From assembly GCA_964016885.1 (NCBI GenBank), contig OZ024742.1, positions 2,542,001 through 2,606,000 of the forward strand: a stretch of 64,000 nt of DNA. The letters run 5' to 3'. Positions 1-14,013 of the stretch are shown in pieces. The stretch's first letter is position 1. Each line of letters starts with the position of its first letter. The position numbers were made by a program, and so were the translations under genes. The notes under the pieces are model-generated. The model was not told the origin of the DNA, ran no database searches, and was given only the letters and a program-made list of their open reading frames with translations. Source of the stretch: Eledone cirrhosa (lineage: Eukaryota).

Positions 1-3000
1 GAGTATTCCATGAAGAGATGGTCGGAAGAGGAGAGATGTGGGGAGCGCGCGCAACAGGAAGTGGTCAAGCGGTGGGAGTGCTGTGTGTCTGTTTGTGCTG
101 GGAGGTGGTCAGGGGGCATAGCAGCAGTCGGGTGGAATGGTAAAGGGGCGAGGATGGGTAGGTGTGAAAGTTGGAGTGAGGAGGGTGTGTGTGTGTATTA
201 GTAGAGGTGTTAGTGGGATGAGTGAGTGTGGAGCGAGGGTGTGGGTGGAGCGGGGAGAGAAGGGTGTGTGTAGTTCTATGGAGGGAGTGCGGTGTACTGG
301 TGTGTGTGTAGTTTGATGAAGGGGGTGTTAGTGGGTGTTAGTATACGGGAGGTGGGGAAAGGGTTGAATGCAGGTGTGAGTGGGGGTTAGTGGTGGTAGG
401 GTGTGTAGAGTTGGTGGTGTACGAGGGTGTGTGGGTACGTGTGCGTGGGGTTGGGGGGTGTTAGTGATGTTAGTTGCGTGTGGGGTGGGTGGTGTAAGTG
501 GATGCGTGTGTTCGTGTGCTTGGGGTCAGGGGGTGTTAGTGAGGTTAGTTGTGGGGTGGTGGGATAGAGGTGTGGGGGTGAGGGTTAGTGGTGGTAGTAG
601 GGTGTGTGTTTAGTGTGAGCGCGTGTATATATGTGCCGGTGGGTGTGTGAGTGTGATAAGGAGGGGGGCAGGAGAAGAAGGGAGAGATGTTAGTATGTTA
701 GTTGGGGAAGGGTGGTCGGATGAGGGTGGAGTGGAGTTGTTAGTATTGTTAGTTGTGGGGTGGGCGGTGAAAAGGAGGGGTGTGTTAGTGGTGTTAGTGG
801 GGGATAAGTGTGGGGGAGGGGGGCGGTCGAAGGCTAAAGGAATAAGGGTGGGGAGTTCAGGCCGGGGGAGTGTGGGTCTGTAAGATGAAGATAGTTCTTT
901 GTTCGACTCTAAGGCGATTGGCGGGTGTTTCGTGGCATTGGAGTAGGCCACAGACTGTGAGATGGCGTGCGGAATGTCCAGGGCCACCAAAGTGGCGGGC
1001 GATGGGGAACTACCACCGAGACGAATATCCCGGAGGTGCTCAGTGAATCGGTCCGCCAGGCGACGTCCCGTCTGTCCGACATAAGTCCGTAGACTAGGTT
1101 GGAGGAGGTGCAGCGGAAGGCATGCCGGACAGAGAGAGAGTGGCCGTTGGGACCCTGGAAGGTGGTGGTGTTGGTGATGTGGGGACAGGTGTTGCAGCGG
1201 GGCCTAGAACAGGGAAAGGAACCGGAGGGGGGGAACAGAGCGTGGGTTGGAGGGTAGGGAGCTGTGGACGAGGAGGGTGCGGAGATTGCGTGCGCGTTTG
1301 AAGGAGGGAGTCGTGGGGTTGGGAAGATGTGGGCGGTGGAGGGGTCGGACTGGAGGCGTCGGAAGAGGCGGTGGATGGTGCGGTGGAGGGGTAAGGTGGA
1401 GGGGTGGTAGGTGATGGGAAAGGGGAGACGGTGGGTGGGTGTGCGGTGGCGTGGGGTGAGGGTGGTGGATGGGTGGACAGCCCGGGCGCGGGTGAGAGCG
1501 GTGTGGACGAGAGAGGGGGGTAACCTCTGCGGATGAAATGACTGACTAGGGAAAGGGCCTGGGACTCGATGTCAGCATCTCGGCTACAGAGGCGGCGGAT
1601 CCTGAGGAGTTGGGAGTAGGGAATGGAGTGTTTAGTGTGGGTGGGGTGGGAAGAGGTGAAGTCGAGGTAAGAGTGGGAGTCGGTGAAGAAGGCGGAGGTG
1701 ACGAGGGAGTGGTGGGAGGGGTCGAAGGCGACGGAGATGTCTAAGAAGTGGACGTGGGTGGTGGAGATAGAGGTGGTGAAGTGGAGGGAGGGGTGGAAGG
1801 AGCAGAAGAAGGAGAGAAAGGAGTCGAGCTGTTCTCGGGTGAGGGTCGTGGCTCCGATACAGTCGTCAATGTAACGACCGTACAGTTCGGGCGTGGGGCC
1901 GGTGTACTGGGCAAAGATTTGGGCCTCAACATGGCCAACAAAAAGGTTGGCATAGTTCGGGCCCATTCTTGTACCCATGGCTACCCCCGTGACCTGTTGG
2001 TAAAACTCACCCGAGAAGGAGAAACAATTGAATGTGAGGACCAGCTCGGCGAGGCGAAGGTGGGTGGGGTGGACGGAATGGGGGAGGGGCGAAGGTCGAG
2101 GTAGTGTTTGAGGGCGCGTAGGCCGTCGGCGTGGGGGATGACGGTATAGAGGGACTTGATGTCTAGGGTGAAGAGGAAGGGCTGTGGGCCGGGTGTGTAG
2201 GTGAAGGAGTCGAAAAGGCGCAGGGCGTGGTTGGTGTCGGAGATGTGGGAAGGGAGGGTGGTGACAAGGGGGGCGAGGATGGAGTCGAGAAAGGCGGAGA
2301 TGAGTTCGGTGGGGCAGTTGCAAGCAGAGACGATGGGGCGGCCGGGGTTGTCGGGTTTGTGGAGTTTGGGGAGGAAGTAGATGGTGGGGGTGCGGGGGGT
2401 GCGGACGACGAGGTGGGAAGCGGGGGGGGGCGATAAGGTCTTGGATGGTGGAGGAGACTTGTTGTTGGTAGAGGGGGGTGGGATCGGAGGGTAGAGGGCG
2501 GTAGAAGGGGGTTCGACAGAGCTGCCTGAGGGCTTCGGCGGTGTAGAGGTCCGCGTGCAACACTACCACGGCGCCTCCCTTGTCCGCCGGTTTGATGACG
2601 ATGTCATCTCGGCTACGGAGGGAGCGGAGAGTGAGGAGTTCGCCCCGTGAGATATTGTACCGTTTGGAACGGTGGCGGAAGTCGAAACGATTTACTGCGC
2701 TACGGCTGGCATCGACGAACGCGTCCAGGGTGCTAAATTGCTCTGGGGCCGGCGTCCAAGAAGATGGTCGTCGGCCCAGGGCGAGAAACAGGTCTGGGGC
2801 GTCCGGAGCCGGTGGCGTTCGGCCGAAATGTGCCTGTAGCTTAGTGCTTCGCACGAATCGCTCGACTTCCGTTCGGGTGCGGAACTCGTCGCTGTGCGGA
2901 GTGTGGGGTATGAAGCGAAGGCCTCTACTAAGGAGTGAGCGCTCAGGTGCGGAGAGGGGGAGGTCAGGGGGTATGGTGGCAACAAGTGGTGGGGTTTGTG

Positions 3001-3990
3001 TGTGGGGGGAAGGGAGGTGTGGTGAGGGGTGAGGTGGAGGGTGGAGATTGGGTAGGGGTTTGGGTCGAGGGAGAGGTGGAGAGTGGTGGGCGTATGGGGA
3101 TAGGCGGGTGGTGGTGGATGGGGGTGGTTGGGAGGAGTGAGTGTAGCTTGCGGGCTTTGGTGGAGCTGAGGAACGAGAAGAGGTTGTGGTTGAGGTTTTG
3201 GGTGAAGGAGAGGATGGCTTGGGCGAGGAGGGGGTGGCAGGTGGAGTTAAGGCGGATGAGGGTGGGGGTCAGTTGGTGGTCAAGTTGGCGGAGGGTGGAA
3301 CGGGAGGCGCGGATGGAGTTGCGCATCAGGAGGCGTGAGGATCGGGTGAGGAACGTTGCGTGGAGGGGGAAGCGGCGGGAGGAGGGTGGAAGTGTAGACG
3401 GAAGCCGAGGGGGATAAGGTGGAGGCGGAGGCAGTGGCTGAGGAAATGGATGTGGCTGGAGTGCCGGGTTTTGGCGAAGAGAAGGTAGGAGAGTTGAAGG
3501 GCAGAGGGGAGATAGCAGGGTGAGAGGAGGGGGGAGGAAAAGTTTGAGGCGATTATGTAGTTGGTGGAGAAAGGATCTCAGGCTGGGCATGGTGGGCGTT
3601 GGGTGAAAGCAGGGGGAGGGATGAGAAAGCAGGGGTGTGAAGCGGGGTGGAGTGAACGAAGGAGTGAGTGCGAAGGATAGGCAGAGACGGGGAAGGGAAA
3701 ATGAAACAGAAAAACGTAAGGAGGGGGGAGTATACACAGGAAAATTAAAGACAAAAAATCATAAAGGTAAAAACACAGGCAATCGTGAACAAAAAAATCA
3801 TAGAAATAAAATTGTAAGAACACAGGCAAAGAATCATATACGGAAATAAACAAGTACAGTAACAAAATCAAACAAAGGTAATGCGTGGAAGGAAAGACCA
3901 AGTGTGGGAAGGTGTGTAAAGTTCGGAGAATGGTCACGGCGGATTAGATCGGGGTTGAGCCGGTAGTTAAGTTATGTTCCAAAGGAATGG
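1..3990 (-). mobile_element. Penelope-like retroelement (Neptune-like), near full length, frameshifted; extremely C-rich sense strand
   Basis: Minus-strand RT motifs IKPADKGGAVVV, GVAMGTRMGPNYANLF, RYIDD, FLDI and YLDFTSSHPTHTKHSIPYSQLLRIRRLCS. These are followed by a C-x4-C-x2-C linker (~1230-1180) and a GIY-YIG domain. Boundaries approximate; the 3' end runs off the window. Confidence 0.88.
855..3590 (-). pseudogene. PLE RT + GIY-YIG endonuclease polyprotein, disrupted by frameshifts/small deletions
   Basis: ORFs 2964-3737 and 1094-2854 hold the N-terminus and RT. Manual translation of 1100-855 gives NLVY...YVGQTGRRLADRFTEHLRDIR...IARHF...RLRVEQRTIFILQTHTPPGLN across frameshifts. Confidence 0.85.
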
Positions 3991-4064
3991 AAGCCGTGTG
4001 AGCGTGTATTATATATAATGGAAATATATATCATATATTGAGTTCTAAACTCGAAATAGTCTTT

Positions 4065-4140
4065 TACCCGCAGAAGAGCACAGAAATAGTAACTTTCACT
4101 TAATAATTGTTGCGAAACAAATTTAGAATTTGTCCGGGTA
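4065..4140 (+). ncRNA. type I hammerhead ribozyme-like motif (U4A core change)
   Basis: TACCCG-CAGAAGA-GCA...TGC-GAAA-CAAATT tag AATTTG-TC-CGGGTA: perfect 6-bp stems I and III, GUC site; the core reads CAGAAGA rather than CUGANGA. Confidence 0.65.
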
Positions 4141-4279
4141 TCACGGCCATTGCCAATATGGGTTTGTTATTTTTATTGATTTATTATTTTAAATTAGTAT
4201 TTTTCAACCTAGCTAACTTGGTCATTTGCAATTCGAACACAAGTATACTTGTATCAGTGTTCAGCCCCCTCATATATTC

Positions 4280-5070
<791 letters not shown>

Positions 5071-5249
5071 AAACTTTGATATAAGAAAATAATTCCTTAC
5101 CGCAGTTAATTTTCGTGTCCGCTAAGTTGTCCCTTCACGCATCGAATGACCGCCAAATTTGAAATTCCAGCAGTCTTTAGACTGAGGAAGTATCATAGCG
5201 TCACGAAGCGGAAAAGGGAGACAATCACGAGTCACGAGAAAAGTAAAAT

Positions 5250-5745
5250 AATATACACGTAGGTTAATTAGTTTTTTCAAAAACATTATCAACCCTGCGT
5301 GTTAAGAACTCAATTAATTTTAAAAAAATAAATGTATGCGTGTATTAAATACACACGCATATAGATATTTTCTTAGGCTAAAAACAGAGAAGTGATACCT
5401 AAATAACACAATATCTCATAACTGTAATAAATACGGAAAGTTACGCTTAAAAGGCATCTGGGAACATAAATCTCTGGCCAAATTAAGAGTAAAATATTTA
5501 ATACACGCTGGTTAATTAGTTATTTCAAAACCATTATCAATTCTGCGTGTTAAGAACTCAATTAATTTAAAAAAATAAATGTATACATGTAATTATTTAC
5601 ACACGCATATAGATATTTTCTTAGGCTAAAAACAGAGAAGTGATACCTAAAAAACAAACAATATCTCATAACAGTAATAAATACGGAAAGTTACGTTTAT
5701 AAGGCACCTGGAAATATAAATCTCTGGCCAAATCAAGAGTAAAAT
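5250..5745 (+). repeat. tandem duplication, ~243-bp unit, two copies
   Basis: aatacacg...ggttaattagtt...tctctggccaaat..agagtaaaatat occurs at ~5251 and again at ~5500. Confidence 0.85.
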
Positions 5746-5760
5746 ATATATATGTGCGTG

Positions 5761-5893
<133 letters not shown>

Positions 5894-6028
5894 ATGAATA
5901 AAAACAAAGAAACAGTTACTTATATTAAAAAATATTATATATTTTTAATATAAGGAACTGTTTCTTTGTTTTTATTCATTGCTTTTATTAATTCATCTTG
6001 ACTCTGTTTTCTTGTGATTTTCATCGAA

Positions 6029-6104
<76 letters not shown>

Positions 6105-6108
6105 CTGA

Positions 6109-6195
<87 letters not shown>

Positions 6196-7047
6196 CATAT
6201 ACACATATACACATATACATATATATATATATAGTAAGAATATTTTCGAAACAGCGAGCGGGTTTGAAATTATTAAAAATATAAGCTATCGCCGTATTTT
6301 GACTAAAGAACTTAAAGAAATTATTTAGCCTGATAGTGTGGTTAAGAACCCTCGGAGAAATGGAAAAAGATGATTATTGACGTACATGGGACGTATATAT
6401 ATATATACATATATAGATAATTCTTAGGTATATTCTCCGTCGTCTTCTGTTGTAGCCATATGTAATATGTAATATATTTTGCAAATATATGTAGATTTTG
6501 CTTCACCACCATTTTACGATGTTCTATCGGGTTTTGAATATTAAACTTGACCGTTCGACTCACAATTCACCGTCTCCGGTTCATGACGTGTGTATATTTT
6601 AAAATAATAAATAATAATGAAATTATTGTGTAAAGTGCTCAGGTGCACTACAACTTTCCGTGTTGCTGCTCCCATATTATATTTTATGTGTTGCTGCTCC
6701 TATACTACATTTAACGTGTTGCTGCTACCATACTACATTTTTATTTCAGCCACTAAATTGCCAGATAAGTATTACTTCCATAACTAATAACCTATGTTGG
6801 TTCTTGATTTATCAGTTAATCTTCTCTTACCTAACTTTGTGGTGTGCCGTGTAGTGTGTTGCGATTGTTCCCTGTTGTAAGTATAGGCTGAGCGTATAAT
6901 AAAGTGGTAGTAAAAATATACCAACAACATTAATGATGCTGAGACCACGAGAGTTTGTACACGTTAACAACATTGTAGACCTAGTATCTCGGCCTTATTA
7001 CTAAATAGAATATTCTAATATAGAAATCGAAGCTGGAAAGTAGTCGT

Positions 7048-7756
7048 GTTTCAACAACAGTGCAACAATTCTTGGGGGAGGGGAAAGTCGATTTAATCGA
7101 CCCTACGGCGTTACTGGTACTTTAGTTTATCGACCCTGTAAGGATGAAATGCAAAGCTAACCTCCACGGGATTTGAATTCACAACGCAAAGGGCAGTAAC
7201 TCTATGCCACTATGCATGATGTTTAACACTCTACCGAGGCTGCTAATCCTAAACCCTCAGTTGCCTAACTAAATAATGATTTCTAGTATAGTCACAAGGC
7301 CAGTAATTTTAGGGGAGGGGAAAGTCGATTAAATCGGCCCCAGTACATTACTGGTGGTTTATTTTATCGACCCCGTTAGGATGAAAGGCAAAGTTAACCT
7401 CGGCGGGATTTGAACTCAGACCGTAAAGGACCATAACTCTATGCTGCAAAGCATGGTGGCCGACTCTCAACCGATACTGCCAATCCACCGCCCTCAGTTG
7501 TCTAAATAATAATAATGGTTTCTTATATAGGCACAAGGCCAGTAATTTTGGAGGAGGGGAAAGTTGATTAAATCGATCCCCAGTGCGTGACTGGTACTTT
7601 ATTTTATCGACCCCATAAGGATGAAAGGCAAAGTTAACCTCGGCGGGTTTTGAGCTCAGATCATAAAGAGCCGTAACTCTATGCTGCAAAGCATGGCGTC
7701 CGACCCTCAACCGACACTGCCAATCCACCGCCCTCAGTTGTCTAAATAATAATAAT
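7048..7756 (-). mobile_element. three head-to-tail OK-like cephalopod tRNA-derived SINE copies (~240-bp period) separated by (TAA)n
   Basis: Each copy carries, on the minus strand, ggcggtggattggcag (A-box-like), gagttcaaatcccgccgaggttaactttgcctttcatcc (B-box-like) and ggggtcgataaaataaa..tggccttgtgcc. Family recognised from memory. Confidence 0.8.
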
Positions 7757-8204
7757 AAAACTGAAATGTTACTAAACTGTGACATATTTTTATTGCCAGC
7801 ATAATTCAATATTAAACATTCACCTCCACCTCCTATTTTTCATCCCCTCCATTTAATCGCTACACTTTCCTGTCACCATTCATCTGTAAGCTAACAATGA
7901 CCCCAGATCACATTGGAAGTTCCTTTCTTATCCCTAGGCAACCATTGAAACGTTTAATTAAGAATACCTCATCCCAATCCTAATTAGCCGTACCTTCTAG
8001 CTACAGATTAACATCAACTATAAACACTCTGCTCCAAATGATAATTCATTACTTGATTAGAGAACAAATTATATCCTAAGATGTTTGGGATACAATTGGA
8101 CGTTAAAGTCCTTTCAAAATTAAAACCTCTAGTTTTTTTAAATACACTTGTTTTATCGCCCTTTTGAGATATAAAAGACAAGGTAAAGATCCGCTTCAGT
8201 CACT

Positions 8205-8518
8205 AATAACCATGGGATTTGCATCTAGAAAGTTCCTCTCCGAGGCACAAGTTTGGGTAAGGTTGTCTTTATGGAAAACCAGTTATCACCCATATAAGTC
8301 TGTCACCCCTCTCCACGCCACCAATGTTGTCTAATGGAAAGGCAAAGGCCGGTATTGCTTGGCACCAGTGATGTCGTAGTTCGTTCATATAGCTAAGTAA
8401 ATTGGAGCAACGTTAAATAAAGTATCTTGCTCAAGGACACAACACATCACCTGGTCCAAGAATCAAACTCATAACCTCATGATTGCATGCCCAACGCTCT
8501 AACCACTTAGCCACGCAC
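8205..8518 (-). mobile_element. tRNA-derived SINE with conserved central domain
   Basis: Minus strand reads gcgtggctaagtggttagagcgtt (A box), gagtttgattc (B box), then ttgtgtccttgagcaagatactttattt, a motif common to conserved SINE cores. Confidence 0.65.
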
Positions 8519-10289
8519 AAGTCAGATGTGCTGTCTAAACAATTTATTCTATTCACACAACAACAAATTCTTATTGCTTCTCATCTATTAAAATAAATTC
8601 TACAAAATATCTTCACAATCCCCGACTCAGCTGTTTATTATTCAATTCAATCCAATCCAGGGCCTTCTCACACCTGTTGAATGAACCCTTCTCTGGTTGA
8701 GCTCCACTATTTTCTGTTTGGTTTTGGTCACGTCAATTCCTTGCACATGTTTTGTGCAAGGAATTGATGAACAGGAGGCTATAATGGAAGACAATTGCCC
8801 GCAATGACATGCAGTGGGACTAAATCCGAAACCTCATTGTGGTGATATGAACTCAGTCATGTGTGTACATTATATTTATCTTATATTTATCATTATATTA
8901 TTGTACGTCTATTATTGCATGTTATTATATTATCAATGTTTGTTATATCCCGTTATCTCTGTATTTAATATCACATAACTCATTCTTGTGAAATAAAGAA
9001 ATCATTATCACATGTTACAGCTGCAATATTGTACATGAATATTGCAGCTTGTGCTTACATTGAAACCCCCTTTGTCATTGTTGCAAATATAATGACAAGT
9101 AATATTTTCTTGTATTGCCTTCAACTGGAATTAAATATGATGAGGTCAACCCTAATTTCCATTATGAAAGCAGTGAGATATCGCCATGTTGACTAAAATG
9201 AAAATATTTTTTTTTTAAATGTTATTTTGAATTAAAGTAATATGATGAATTACGTAATATAAAATTGCATACACGTTATAATGAAACGAATTCTGTGTTG
9301 GTTAACATATGGCAGCTATACAATTCGGAAACTGGATTTAATTGATGGTATATATATGTCGATATGTAGCCCCCAGGAATGTTTCTGTTTAGATTCTAGT
9401 ATTTAAGATTTCAAAGAGATCATTCAGTTGTGAAGCAACAACAACATAGATTTTGTGAATATGAAAATTATTCCAATTGTAAATAAGACACATAATAAAT
9501 CTTATATCAAATACAACAAAACTATTTATTTTGATTGATATTTTTCAAATTAACCACAAAATATGAACTACTAGAAAGAGATTAAAGTGATTAATAAATG
9601 TAAATCACAGTGTTACCACGAGATCGATATCATTGATGCTACGTATAGAGATTATCGGCGTTCGAAGATCAAATCCCATCAATGTCAACTTTATCTGTAA
9701 TCCCGTGAGATCGATAAATAAAGTACTGGGGTCGATATTTCTATATCTCTCACATTTTCTCTCTATTGCTTTATCTCTTACATGGAAAGAAACCGGCTGA
9801 ATTTAAACATGGAGACGGCTGCTTGTACTATTCTCTGATTTACTGCCAGGACACCAATTCTATTGACCTGTTGTCTGAATGTCGGGATAACATGCCTGAG
9901 AGAACATACACACCCACAAACCCTAATATACTTTCTCGATAAATATATTTCTGCCCCCACTTCACGATTATTCTTTCTTTAGATGACAAGATACACTTGA
10001 ACGCACATATAGACACACACATACATATACACACAACCACATATAGACACACACATACATATAAACACCCACTAAGCCAGATATCTATACACACAACCAC
10101 GTACAACCGCTCCCCCCAAGAGATACTTTCGTGGAAAAAATTCTTTACAATTGAATGAACAATGTATGCCCTTATTTGGACAAATGACACCTCCCGATGA
10201 GACAGCCAGTTAACCGTCAATGCCTTTGGCATTCAGTCTAGAATTAGCTGCTGAAACGGCAACAGCTCAGCCGTCGGGGTCCCGACATA

Positions 10290-10323
<34 letters not shown>

Positions 10324-10877
10324 ATGTGAAGTGAACACCCATAACTGCACCTATTATATGGAGGGAACTCTTTAACCACACAGCCATAACTGCGCCTATC
10401 ATTATATATTATTTTTCAAATGAACCAAAACTCAGAACCATATCATATATTAGATAGTAACGACTTTACAAGATGTAAATCAAGAACTAAGAAGTAATGT
10501 TTCTACATTATGTAGAATAAAAATATAATTGATGTGAGACAAACCAAATATATTGTGTTTATGAATTATAGAAAACCATTGTTTTTTACTCAAGTTATTG
10601 TGATAATAGGAATTTCTTATGAATTCACTAAAGAAACATTATTGTAAGACTAACTGACGGTTGAGAAATTCCGATATTTATTATTTTATTATTTTTCCAA
10701 TTATGTAAAGTGTGTTAAAAAGTAATCTCCACAATAGGTGAAGTCATGACAGTGTGGATAAGGGATTTGCGTTGCAATCACGTAGAGTCAGTTCACCACG
10801 GTGGCCCTTGGCCAAACAATTCTTGACCAAAGCCACGTGAATGGAATTTGTTTGAGAGCAACTGTATAGAAGCCCGT

Positions 10878-10903
10878 CATATACTTATACACACACACAC
10901 ACA

Positions 10904-10990
<87 letters not shown>

Positions 10991-11080
10991 AGACACACAT
11001 GCACACACACACACACACATACTGACAGGCACACATACACACACACAGACAGGCACACACACACACACACATATATATAT
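10878..11080. repeat. (CA)n microsatellite
   Basis: Direct observation. Many other (TA)n/(CA)n/(TC)n tracts occur, e.g. 5750-5887, 6035-6232, 11650-11990, 13812-13903, 37820-37945, 43131-43342. Confidence 0.97.
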
Positions 11081-11234
11081 TAAACCATTATATTACTGAC
11101 TTATACGCATCGTTTAATATCATTTTACCTACTAACATTTGCTTATAACGTACGGTTTCATTTGACTAAGAAAATTACAAAGATAAAAAACCAGTAATTA
11201 TATACACATATACACATATACACATATATACAAA

Positions 11235-11443
11235 TAAAAAATGTTTTCCTGAGTTCAGTCTTTTTCGTCGCTATGGTCACTGCGGCCCGTCTATCGGTCG
11301 CTGTCTTCAATTTGCAAAGCTGTCTATACGTAATGTTATAACTCTAGGGTTATATACCCTATTGAGTGCTTTTCTGCACACCGAGACTGCATTCGTTAGG
11401 TTGGTTGCAACCAGAGCTTCGTTGATGCTGTACTAAATTTTGT

Positions 11444-11450
<7 letters not shown>
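11235..11450 (-). repeat. diverged copy of the ~200-bp repeat family also at 37595-37795 and 38345-38545
   Basis: Reverse complement shares agtacagc..., aacgaatgc..., aagcactc..., gctttgcaaattgaa.a.agcgaccg and tagc.acgaaa.. with the 37.6/38.3 kb copies. Confidence 0.65.
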
Positions 11451-11501
<51 letters not shown>

Positions 11502-11685
11502 AGATTCCGGACCGGAGCTCAGCCGTCGGGGTCCTGAATCTGTTCATAATACCCACTCTACTACCCAAAGTATCGAGTACTCTGGTGTGTTATGGTGCAC
11601 CTGGTATACTTGGTATCTTACTACACCCTCTTTGTTATCTTTCACTCCCTCTGTCTCTCTCTCTCTCTCTCTCTCTCACTCTCTC

Positions 11686-11737
<52 letters not shown>

Positions 11738-11787
11738 TATATATATATATACCCTCTCTCTCTCTCTCTCTCTCCATATATATATAT

Positions 11788-11972
<185 letters not shown>

Positions 11973-12007
11973 CCCTCTCTCTCTATATATATACATATTA
12001 TATAGCG

Positions 12008-12290
12008 ATGTACAACCACAGAAGTTCCTTCAACCTCAGACATAAGTGTTCTCAAATCAGACTATTTGATTTGATCTGGGACTTGAAGTATAGGAACCTG
12101 AAATACCAGATCAAATGGTCGGTAAGGAGTCACGTGGCCCAACATTCCACCGGAGGGAGCCACTGCAGGTTGTGTCTGACAGAATCGGCAGAGATCATTA
12201 AATCAAAATCGGCTGTTAGTTTAAGGTCGGAAAACCTCATAAACTGAAGACCCACCAGAAAACATATTCTCCGCCTTGGTATCCGGGCAG
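12008..12290 (+). pseudogene. Naiad-like PLE GIY-YIG endonuclease C-terminal fragment
   Basis: YNHRSSFN...LFDLIWDLK...YQIKWSV...CRLCLTE...II...RSENLIN*RP aligns by eye with the Naiad-like C-terminus at 35850-36142. Confidence 0.75.
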
Positions 12291-13808
12291 GAACCACGGA
12301 CAGACCAAAACCTAACCACCTGAACAAAGACACAACATCATAGTAACTACCACAATTATCATATCTCATCAACTTTAGCATCGTCCCCATTACCACTGTT
12401 ACCTTCATTACTACTGTTATTCTTGTTGATATTCTTGTTAATATTAATATTATATTTCATTCTTTATCTTGCCCCAACCACTAAACATATCACCATGTAT
12501 TCACTACACTCACCCACACCAACGTACTGCACACACGTGAGAGACACAGCATACTACATTTTATCACCAGCATACTACACTTTACCACAATTGATTTCAT
12601 CACTTCCATTTGTATCAGCAATTTCATCACCGTCATTAATAACACTAGCAGAAAAACCACCATTGGGGTGGGTTTTTTGCTAGCATGTGTAATGTGCAAG
12701 TATATTTAGATATGATACATCAAATAAAATTGTAATTGACAATATCCACAGAAATTGAACGAAGACTGCGTTACACTGTCTTTTGTAATCAGTAACGTAA
12801 TCCATGATACATTAAAAAAAGACGATATTATATATAAACTGCATTAGGAGAAAATTAGTGACGGAAATATATGAAGGTTTATTTAAGCGATCGCTAACCG
12901 GAAGTGTTGACTTGAAAATTTTATAGAAGTGAATCTTAAAATAAGCAACAATATTATTTATATTATTTATATTTAATCAAGAATAACGAAATTTAGTAGA
13001 TAAATTATGTAATATTCATTCATTATTTATTCAAAGTATTCCAATTTATTTTACAAACGGGATAAAAATATATATTCTGGACGCAGTCCCGTACGCCTTA
13101 CTTTATTATAGTTTAGATTAACTCTATCTTCCTGTATCTTCCAGCACACTGTCACTCTTCTCATATCCTATAAATGTTTTTCACCATTATATATTCCTAT
13201 ACGATGGTTATCTGTACTCACTGCTAGCGCATACACGTGCACATGTTGTCTGTCAATAGATATATACGTGCACCCCTACATATAGTCGTATGGACGTGCG
13301 AGCCTAGGAGCACGCATATTTTGTAGTGTGTACATATGTAGGGACACAGGCATGTGTATGTGAGAGCGCTTAGGGTGTGTCAGTAACTACGTATAATATG
13401 TGTGAGAGCATGTGTGCGCGTACTGGTGTACCTGTGCAACAAATATGTCATATGCCTACCCACGCGCACATATACACATATATATATATATATATATAAA
13501 TATGACGGGCATCCACTGATGATTTATAAGTGCCCACCTGCATATATTCCTACGGACTATGTAAGTTTCATCATAACCTGGATACATTTTCCCCAACTTG
13601 TAGAAAACTTATAATTAAACAATTGTTTGGAAAGGGAGATGTATTTTAATTATGTCTCATATAAAATAATACAACTGGCTATCCGCAAAATACATATAGT
13701 TAGCACCCCAAACGTAAAATTGGGATTATACTATGGTATATCCTAATGTTTGTTGAGTGAGATGGAAGTCAGTCAGAGTATAGCTTAAAGCTTTCTCTGT
13801 TAATGTAT

Positions 13809-13906
<98 letters not shown>

Positions 13907-13948
13907 ATGATATTAAATAAATGGAAACTGTATTTATAAAACCATATT

Positions 13949-14013
13949 TATTTCATTATATATATTTCAAGTGCAACCAAGCAAACCTTGGTGCGCTTTC
14001 ATCAGATAAAATA
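13949..14013 (-). ncRNA. minimal type I hammerhead ribozyme (PLE pLTR type)
   Basis: Minus strand: TATTTTAT-CTGATGA-AAGCGCACCAAG gtttg CTTGGTTGCACTT-GAAA-TATATA-TA-ATGAAATA. Canonical core, palindromic stem III. Confidence 0.85.

Noticed and set aside
340-800. Telomeric repeat array
   Set aside because: Only scattered GGTTAG/GTTAGTG motifs; no tandem (TTAGGG)n.
10-3849. Plus-strand Gly/Val-rich ORFs
   Set aside because: They are antisense shadows of the C-rich PLE.
8440-8518. tRNA gene
   Set aside because: A/B-box-like motifs belong to a SINE head; there is no complete cloverleaf.
8733-9100. Short hairpins (8733-8767, ~9020-9050, ~9072-9098) as miRNA or terminators
   Set aside because: Short AT-rich inverted repeats with no supporting context.
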